The notes under the pieces: generated by a model
Database searches by the model: none
What the model was told of the DNA's origin: nothing
The model's input: only the letters and a program-made list of their open reading frames with translations
Source: Patescibacteria group bacterium
Lineage (GTDB): Bacteria > Patescibacteriota > Minisyncoccia > Phycocordibacterales > UBA9973
Direction of reading: 5' to 3'
DNA: 64,000 nucleotides
Assembly (NCBI GenBank): GCA_040388095.1
Contig: JAZKCM010000002.1
Location: forward strand, 7,264-71,263
Position numbers and translations under genes: made by a program
Shown here: one piece after another, positions 57,778 through 64,000 of the stretch
How positions within the stretch are numbered: the first letter of the stretch is position 1
Layout of the letters: the number at the start of each line of letters is the position of its first letter

Positions 57778-58758
57778 ATGGATCAAATACAATTACAAGA
57801 AAAAATAACAGAATGTTTTATAAAACTTCCAAAAGAAGCCCAAGAGGTATTTTCTAGTATGAAATGGATGGAGACATTAAAAATGATTATTAAAAAATAT
57901 TCATTAACACAAGAACAAGAAAACATAATTGGTACAGAAACAACATTGGTACTTCTTGGAATAATTCACGTAGATGAATATAAAAATATATTAAAAAATG
58001 AAATTTCTCTTTCAGAAGAAACTAAAGAAAAAATAATTCAAGAAATAAATGACACAATCTTAAAACCAATACAAAATGAATTAATAGATACATTTAAAAA
58101 AAATGATAGTGAAACAAACGAAGCAATAGATTTAATAGATTGGAAACAAGCAATATTAGACATAAAAACAAAATATAATTTTAATTTAGAACAACTAGAA
58201 GAGCTAGAAAGAGAAACAAAATTAATATTTTCAGGATCTACTAATCCAGAAAATTTCAAAAAAGAAATTCAAGAAAAAATGCGTTTATCAGGCGAAGAAG
58301 CATCTCAGATAACAAATGAAATGAATGAAAAAGTTTTCAAAAAAATCCGCGATGAATTTGCGAAGATTATGGCATTGCAAAATACGAAAAATCAAAATAC
58401 TACAAAAGAAATAATTCAAAACAAACAAGACACAGATGTTTTAAAACAAGCAGGTATAGAAGTCTTATCTGAAAAGACACAAAACGAAAATAGTGAAAAC
58501 ATTTCTGATCGCGACAGAAGTGATATGCTACAAAAAGTAGAACACCCAGAACTCATAGAGAAAATACCGACACTTACATTACAAAAACTTTCTGGAGCTT
58601 TTAACTTACCAGAAGCAAAGACAGAATATTCTATTGAAAATATAACGAAAGATACAGAAAAGAAAAATATCTCAAATATAGTACCAGTAAAAAAAGATGT
58701 ACCAAAAACAGGAGAAGGGTTACCAAAAATCGATCCTTATAGGATGCCGATAGAATAA
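57778..58758 (+). CDS. Hypothetical acidic protein, T4SS-cluster associated
   Basis: 326-aa ORF. Confidence 0.35.
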   Translation: MDQIQLQEKITECFIKLPKEAQEVFSSMKWMETLKMIIKKYSLTQEQENIIGTETTLVLLGIIHVDEYKNILKNEISLSEETKEKIIQEINDTILKPIQNELIDTFKKNDSETNEAIDLIDWKQAILDIKTKYNFNLEQLEELERETKLIFSGSTNPENFKKEIQEKMRLSGEEASQITNEMNEKVFKKIRDEFAKIMALQNTKNQNTTKEIIQNKQDTDVLKQAGIEVLSEKTQNENSENISDRDRSDMLQKVEHPELIEKIPTLTLQKLSGAFNLPEAKTEYSIENITKDTEKKNISNIVPVKKDVPKTGEGLPKIDPYRMPIE

Positions 58759-58809
58759 AAACTCAAAAAACACTAGGTATTTGGGCTACACAGATGCTAA
58801 AATAAAGAT

Positions 58810-59238
58810 ATGCAGTTTAAAGTGCCACAATTTTTAGATATAGAAGATAAAATATTTGGACCATTCACATTTAGACAATTTGCATATCTCGCCGGCGGAG
58901 GAGGACTTTGTTTTGTTTTGTATAGAGCATTACCTTTATATATTGGTTTCATTCCAATAGCAATCGTCGCAGGCCTTGCACTTGCTTTATCTTTTTATAA
59001 AGTAAATAACAAACCATTTATTTTCGTTGTTGAATCAGCTTTCAAATATCTTTTTGCAGACAAATTATATATCTGGAAAAGAAGATTGAAGGAAAAGAAT
59101 GAGAAACAAGTAAAAGACACTTCTAGTGAAGAAAACAAAGAAAGGATAGAATCTGCGAGAGCATCAAGATTAAATACAAGCAGACTCAAAGACCTCGCAT
59201 GGAGTCTCGATGTACTCGACATTAAGAAAAACAAATAA
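58810..59238 (+). CDS. VirB3/PrgI-like small membrane protein
   Basis: 142 aa. FGPFTFRQFAYLAGGGGLCFVLYRALPLYIGFIPIAIVAGLALALSFYKVNNKPF is a two-TM hairpin, typical of PrgI/VirB3, located upstream of VirB4. Confidence 0.35.
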   Translation: MQFKVPQFLDIEDKIFGPFTFRQFAYLAGGGGLCFVLYRALPLYIGFIPIAIVAGLALALSFYKVNNKPFIFVVESAFKYLFADKLYIWKRRLKEKNEKQVKDTSSEENKERIESARASRLNTSRLKDLAWSLDVLDIKKNK

Positions 59239-59243
59239 TTATT

Positions 59244-59891
59244 ATGGCATTACTTGCAAGAGCAACTCAAGAGTTTGTACCGATAAAGGAAGTGCGTGAC
59301 GGCATCGTGGTACTTAAAGATGGATCTTTAAAAGCTATTGTCCTTGCGAATTCCATAAATCTATCACTCAAATCAGAAGACGAGCAAAAAGCGACGATTT
59401 TTCAATTTCAATCATTTCTCAACACACTCGATTTTCCAGTGCAAATAGTCATCCAATCAAGACGTCTCGACATACGTCCATATTTACTCTTATTGGAAAA
59501 TAGAATGAAAGCACAAACAGAGCCACTTCTAAAAATACAAACAAAAGAGTATATGGAATTTATTAGAAATTTTACAGAGACGACAAATATTATGACGAAA
59601 AACTTTTTTATCGTCGTACCATATAGTGCCCAGAGTATCGGAGGAAATGAGGATTTCATTAGTAAAATATTTTCTAAAAGAAAAACTGAAGCATTAGAAC
59701 AAGAAGAAAAGCTCGCAGCTTTTGAAGAAAAAAGATCTCAGCTCGATCAACGAGTCGGTGTTATAGAACAAGGACTTGCACGATGTGGAATCAAATCAGT
59801 AGAGCTTGGTACTGAAGAAGTCATAGAAGTGTTCTATAAAGTTTTCAATCCAGGAGAAATAGAAGGGAAGATAAATTTAGAACAAAAATAA
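59244..59891 (+). CDS. Hypothetical protein resembling a VirB4 N-terminal domain (possible paralog/accessory)
   Basis: 215 aa. GIVVLKDGSLKAIVLANSINL ... FQFQSFLNTLDFPVQIVIQSRRLD follows the same pattern as the N-terminus of the adjacent VirB4-like ORF (...FFVISYPRFL...). Confidence 0.3.
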   Translation: MALLARATQEFVPIKEVRDGIVVLKDGSLKAIVLANSINLSLKSEDEQKATIFQFQSFLNTLDFPVQIVIQSRRLDIRPYLLLLENRMKAQTEPLLKIQTKEYMEFIRNFTETTNIMTKNFFIVVPYSAQSIGGNEDFISKIFSKRKTEALEQEEKLAAFEEKRSQLDQRVGVIEQGLARCGIKSVELGTEEVIEVFYKVFNPGEIEGKINLEQK

Positions 59892-59916
59892 TATCATTAC
59901 GCTATAATAGACATAT

Positions 59917-61770
59917 ATGGGAATTTTAGACACATTATTTGGAAAAAAGAAAACAGGAGATACTATAGAAAAAAGTGATACACGTGTATCGGCTTTGCCT
60001 GTGCTTCCAGAAGAAATATATGAGTCAGCGACTATGGAGCTTCAAGACATCATCGCTCCTTCAGCTCTTAAAATAGAACCAAAATCAATAAACCTGGGCG
60101 ATAAAATCGCAAGAACATTTTTTGTTATCTCATATCCAAGATTCCTCACAGACAACTGGTTCTCGCCGATTATTAATCTAGACAAAATCTTTGATGTTTC
60201 TATTTTTATAGAACCAATTGATACATCTCTCGCACTCAGACAATTTCAAAACAAAGTAGCTGAAGTACAAAGTCAGATCAATGCACGTGAATCAAAAGGA
60301 ATGGTTCGTGATCCAATGCTCGATACAGCGAATCAAGATTTAGAAAGTTTGAGAGATAGCTTGATGCAGGCACAAGAGAAAATGTTTGATGTTGGTCTGT
60401 ATATCACTATTTATGCAAATACTGATTTGGAGCTTTTTAAAATCGAAAGTGAAATAAAATCAATCCTTGAATCAAAACTCATTTATATAAAACCAGCACT
60501 CTTTCAACAAGATGATGGTTTTAAAAGCGTTATTCCAATAGGAAATGATTTGCTCAATGTGCACCAAAAATTAAATTCTGAACCACTCTCTTCTATCTTT
60601 CCATTCGTTTCTTTCGACCTCACTTCAGACAAAGGAATACTCTATGGTTTAAATAGACACAATTCATCTATGGTTATCTTTGATCGTTTTTCACTTGAGA
60701 ACTATAACTCAGTAACTTTTGCAAAATCAGGATCTGGTAAATCTTACTGTACAAAATTAGAAATCCTTCGCTCTCTTATGTTCGACACTGATGTCATCGT
60801 CATCGACCCTGAAAGGGAATACGAATACCTCGCTGAAGCTGTCGGTGGAAGATATTTTAATATTTCTCTTTCATCAGACCACCATATCAATCCATTCGAT
60901 TTACCAATTCCTCGTGAAGACGAGACAGCGGCTGACGTTCTCCGTTCAAACATCATTAATCTCGTCGGTCTTTTCAGGCTTATGCTCGGAGGTCTTACTC
61001 CAGAAGAAGATTCACTTGTAGACCGAGCCATATCAGAAACATATGCAATCAAAGACATCACACCAGATTCTGATTTCTCAAATATCGAACCGCCACTGCT
61101 TTCTGATTTCGAAATGGTCCTTTCTGGTATGGAGGGAAGTGAATCAGTCATCCAGAGACTCGTGAAATACACTCGTGGTTCTTGGTCTACATTCCTCAAC
61201 AAACCATCAAACGTAGATATTAATAAGAAATTCATTGTTTTTTCTGTGCGTGATATGGAAGATGAACTAAAACCTATTGCAATGTATATCGTTACTCACT
61301 ACATCTGGAATGCAGTAAGAAAAAATCTCAAGAAAAGACTCCTTGTCGTCGATGAAGCTTGGTGGATGATGAAATCTGAAGATACAGCTTCATTCCTCTA
61401 TAGTATTGCAAAACGTGGAAGAAAATATTATCTTGGACTTGCGACGATTACTCAAGATGCGGCAGACTTTATGAAATCTCCTTATGGTGTGCCGATTGTT
61501 ACAAACTCTTCTATTCAAATCCTTCTTAAACAATCTCCAAGTACGATAGATGTCTTGCAAAAGACATTCAACCTTACCGATGAAGAAAAATATCTCTTAC
61601 TTGAATCAGGTGTCGGGGAAGGCATTTTCTTTGCAGGAACAAAACACGTAGCTATCAAAGTTATCGCTTCTTATACAGAAGACCAAATCATCACTTCTGA
61701 CCCATCACAAATACTCAAAATCAAACAAGCAAAAGTAGACTTGGAAGAAGCAGAAGCGGTGAGAAAATAA
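59917..61770 (+). CDS. virB4: VirB4/TrbE/TraC-family type IV secretion ATPase
   Basis: 617 aa. N-terminal VirB4 domain (FFVISYPRFLTDNWFSPIINL), Walker A FAKSGSGKSY, DPEREY, Walker B LLVVDEAWWMM, GLATITQ. Confidence 0.8.
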   Translation: MGILDTLFGKKKTGDTIEKSDTRVSALPVLPEEIYESATMELQDIIAPSALKIEPKSINLGDKIARTFFVISYPRFLTDNWFSPIINLDKIFDVSIFIEPIDTSLALRQFQNKVAEVQSQINARESKGMVRDPMLDTANQDLESLRDSLMQAQEKMFDVGLYITIYANTDLELFKIESEIKSILESKLIYIKPALFQQDDGFKSVIPIGNDLLNVHQKLNSEPLSSIFPFVSFDLTSDKGILYGLNRHNSSMVIFDRFSLENYNSVTFAKSGSGKSYCTKLEILRSLMFDTDVIVIDPEREYEYLAEAVGGRYFNISLSSDHHINPFDLPIPREDETAADVLRSNIINLVGLFRLMLGGLTPEEDSLVDRAISETYAIKDITPDSDFSNIEPPLLSDFEMVLSGMEGSESVIQRLVKYTRGSWSTFLNKPSNVDINKKFIVFSVRDMEDELKPIAMYIVTHYIWNAVRKNLKKRLLVVDEAWWMMKSEDTASFLYSIAKRGRKYYLGLATITQDAADFMKSPYGVPIVTNSSIQILLKQSPSTIDVLQKTFNLTDEEKYLLLESGVGEGIFFAGTKHVAIKVIASYTEDQIITSDPSQILKIKQAKVDLEEAEAVRK

Positions 61771-61813
61771 TATCCCTAGCATCTCATATAGGGTAAATGA
61801 TATAATAAAAATA

Positions 61814-62773
61814 ATGAAAAATAGGATTTTAATCTCAATCTGTATGTTTGTTTTCGTTATTTTTGCACAACATGCCTTGGCACAGGTAAGTGACACTGAC
61901 ATTGTGTTAAATGTTTCACCTCAAAATACCGTCATCAATGACACGGTCAATGCTACAGTGAGCAGTTATTCAACAGATTTAAATAAATCATATATTACCT
62001 GGTCTTTAAACGGTGAAGAGTTACTGACCGGTATTGGTAAAAAGAATTTTTCTTTTACTATGAAAAATAGCAATGTCACACTCCAAGCAAAAATAAATAC
62101 AATCGATGGACAAAATCTCGTTAAAAGTACGACGATCAATACATCGCAAGTTGATATGCTCTGGGAAGCAGTAGATTCATATGTACCACCTTTTTACAAA
62201 GGTAAAGCGTATGTTTCAAAAGAAGGTTATTTTAAGGTGATCGCAATGCCAAATACTGGAGCAAGTCCTATAAATATCTCATATACGTGGACAAAGGATG
62301 GTAATGGTCAACCAAGCACTTCTGGTTGGGGTAAAAATAGTCTTATTGTGAAGAATACATATTTAGATAAAACAAACAAAATAGAAGTAAATGCTTCCGA
62401 CATATTGGGTAATCAAATAGGAAAAGGAAGTATTGCACTGACACCGATAAATCCAAAAATACTTTTTTATGAAGATGATCCACAAACAGGTTTTCATTTT
62501 GAAAAAGCTTTGGGTAGTGATTTTACTTTAAATAAAAATGAAGATATGTTTTTTGTTGCTCCGTATTTCTTCAATGGAAGTGATTTAGAGAAATCTGACC
62601 TTATTTTTACTTGGGTAGTAAATGGTGAAACCATAGCAAATCCAAACCCAGTAAATATTCTTTCCGTGAAACCAGAAGAAGGGAAGTCAGGAAGTGCAAA
62701 AATAAAAGTCGGCGTAAAAAAAGCAAAGACATTTTTCCAAAATGCAGAAAAAGAATTAAATGTTCAATTTTAA
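61814..62773 (+). CDS. Secreted hypothetical protein
   Basis: 319 aa. Signal peptide MKNRILISICMFVFVIFAQHALAQ. Confidence 0.45.
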   Translation: MKNRILISICMFVFVIFAQHALAQVSDTDIVLNVSPQNTVINDTVNATVSSYSTDLNKSYITWSLNGEELLTGIGKKNFSFTMKNSNVTLQAKINTIDGQNLVKSTTINTSQVDMLWEAVDSYVPPFYKGKAYVSKEGYFKVIAMPNTGASPINISYTWTKDGNGQPSTSGWGKNSLIVKNTYLDKTNKIEVNASDILGNQIGKGSIALTPINPKILFYEDDPQTGFHFEKALGSDFTLNKNEDMFFVAPYFFNGSDLEKSDLIFTWVVNGETIANPNPVNILSVKPEEGKSGSAKIKVGVKKAKTFFQNAEKELNVQF

Positions 62774-62774
62774 A

Positions 62775-64000
62775 ATGAAAAACTTAAAACTTATAATTTT
62801 TTCTCTGTTTTTGTTGTTATCTTTTTTAGGACATAAAGCAGAAGCTGCTGTTAGTTTACAACTTTCAGCTTTAAACATTAGTGGGGTAACAGCAACAGGT
62901 ACATCGACCATGCCTACTTTTAGTTTAATTATTAACACAAATGACCTTTCTGATTTTTCCAGTACTGCGCATTTCGCCATAAATATATTTGATTCATATA
63001 ACACAACAATGCAGACCTTTCCAACAATTGCTTTTGCAAGTGCATTCATAACACCGCAAACAGGAGTACTGCAACAAACAAGAACAATAGCGATAACTCA
63101 AACACTAACAACTAATACAGTTTATTATGCGAGAGTTTTTTATAACAATGGCACAAACCTTGATTTTATATATTCAAATGTAGTTTCTTTTAAATTTGGA
63201 GATGCCAGTTCTGTAAATAATAGTTTTCTTGCAGCAAGTGCAGTGATAAACCCATTGTCTAATGGTTATATTCCAATAATACTTACAGACAATGATTCTT
63301 CTGGAACAGAAAGTGGAAAATGGTGGTTTAAACAAACAAAAGATAGTGAAGCAAAAGGTCCTTTTAGTAGTATAACTGAATGCGAAACAGAAAGAGCAAA
63401 AGGTGATAGCTATAGTGATAAATGTTTCCAATTTTATTATCCTCTTGCACCACTACCATTTCAAGAAGGGAAAGTAGATACAACATCTTCAGATTGTCCT
63501 TTTGGAAATTATTTAAATATTCTCATTAAACTTTTCATCGGTATTTGCGCAGTACTTGCAATGATAAAAATAGTTATTGGTGGAATGCAATATATGACGA
63601 GCGAACTCGCTTCCAGTAAAGAAGACGGGAAAAATAGCATCACGAGTGCTGTCTTTGGTTTGATTCTCGCACTTGGAGCATTTGCAATACTAAATACACT
63701 CAATCCTCAATTACTACAAATATGTTTGAATAACTTACCGAAAGCAGTGGTACAAGTAGAAGAAATTGAGAAAAAAATCTCAAACCAAAGTGGTAACGGT
63801 ACCTGCGCTGTCGTTACTGACCAGAGTAGTCCTTGTTATCCAAGTAAATTAGCAAGTAGCTTCTCTGGATCCACAACTGCTTCTGCACCATTCAATACAC
63901 TAGCAGCTCAAGCATCAGCAATCTGTATGTTAGAAAGTGGAGCAAAAGCTGATATGCCTGCAGGACTTAGTCCTAATATGGTTCTCGATAAATGTTCAGA
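62775..64000 (+). CDS. Exported protein with VirB2/TrbC-pilin-like helical hairpin and possible transglycosylase-like tail, 3'-truncated by window edge
   Basis: Open frame from the ATG at 62775 to the window end; my manual translation shows no stop. Signal peptide MKNLKLIIFSLFLLLSFLGHKAEA, about 240-aa N-domain, then LFIGICAVLAMIKIVIGGMQYMTSEL...ITSAVFGLILALGAFAIL (two-helix pilin-like), then ...ASAICMLESGAKAD. Confidence 0.45.
   Translation, partial: MKNLKLIIFSLFLLLSFLGHKAEAAVSLQLSALNISGVTATGTSTMPTFSLIINTNDLSDFSSTAHFAINIFDSYNTTMQTFPTIAFASAFITPQTGVLQQTRTIAITQTLTTNTVYYARVFYNNGTNLDFIYSNVVSFKFGDASSVNNSFLAASAVINPLSNGYIPIILTDNDSSGTESGKWWFKQTKDSEAKGPFSSITECETERAKGDSYSDKCFQFYYPLAPLPFQEGKVDTTSSDCPFGNYLNILIKLFIGICAVLAMIKIVIGGMQYMTSELASSKEDGKNSITSAVFGLILALGAFAILNTLNPQLLQICLNNLPKAVVQVEEIEKKISNQSGNGTCAVVTDQSSPCYPSKLASSFSGSTTASAPFNTLAAQASAICMLESGAKADMPAGLSPNMVLDKCS

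Noticed and set aside
1-64000. CRISPR arrays, rRNA genes, transposases, toxin-antitoxin pairs
   Set aside because: No short regularly spaced repeats, no rRNA-like GC-rich blocks, and no DDE/HTH transposase or RelE/ParE-like small ORF pairs were seen on either strand.

Overview
AT-rich chromosomal segment with the gene content and style typical of a Patescibacteria/CPR-like bacterium: small housekeeping genes, few obvious Shine-Dalgarno sites, many Asn/Lys-rich secreted proteins. All calls were made by reading translations and motifs by eye; no searches were run.

Housekeeping genes I recognise: rpmB (partial), rnhA, recJ, a HIT protein, pgk-tpiA, nusA, ppa, a trigger factor lacking the PPIase domain, clpP, rny, hup, rpsO, pnp, comM/yifB, uvrD/pcrA-like helicase, ksgA, cca, xth, a xerC/D-like recombinase, an M23/LysM peptidase, a Fe/Mn SOD-like protein, a membrane fatty-acid desaturase, and a ComEC split into separate channel and MBL-domain genes.

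Four tRNA genes sit between 27.1 and 30.1 kb: Gly-TCC, Pro-TGG, Arg-TCG, Gly-GCC. Two of them are followed about 120 nt downstream by a direct repeat of their own 3' end, and cca is immediately adjacent.

Three regions stand out.
- 10-16 kb: a co-oriented locus of three giant secreted Gly/Asn/Thr-rich proteins. It contains a 795-bp, 100% identical tandem duplication (period 1002 bp) shared by two paralogous genes.
- 27.1-29.9 kb: the tRNA cluster with att-like partial tRNA duplications, a GC-rich structured spacer, and an 18-bp perfect palindrome.
- 49.6-64 kb: a type IV secretion/conjugation-like gene cluster. It has a VirB4-like ATPase, a VirB6/TrbL-like polytopic membrane protein, a VirB3/PrgI-like small membrane protein, several large secreted proteins carrying Cys-flanked DxDxDG repeats, and a terminal ORF containing a VirB2-pilin-like helical hairpin.

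No rRNA, CRISPR array, reverse transcriptase or transposase was seen.
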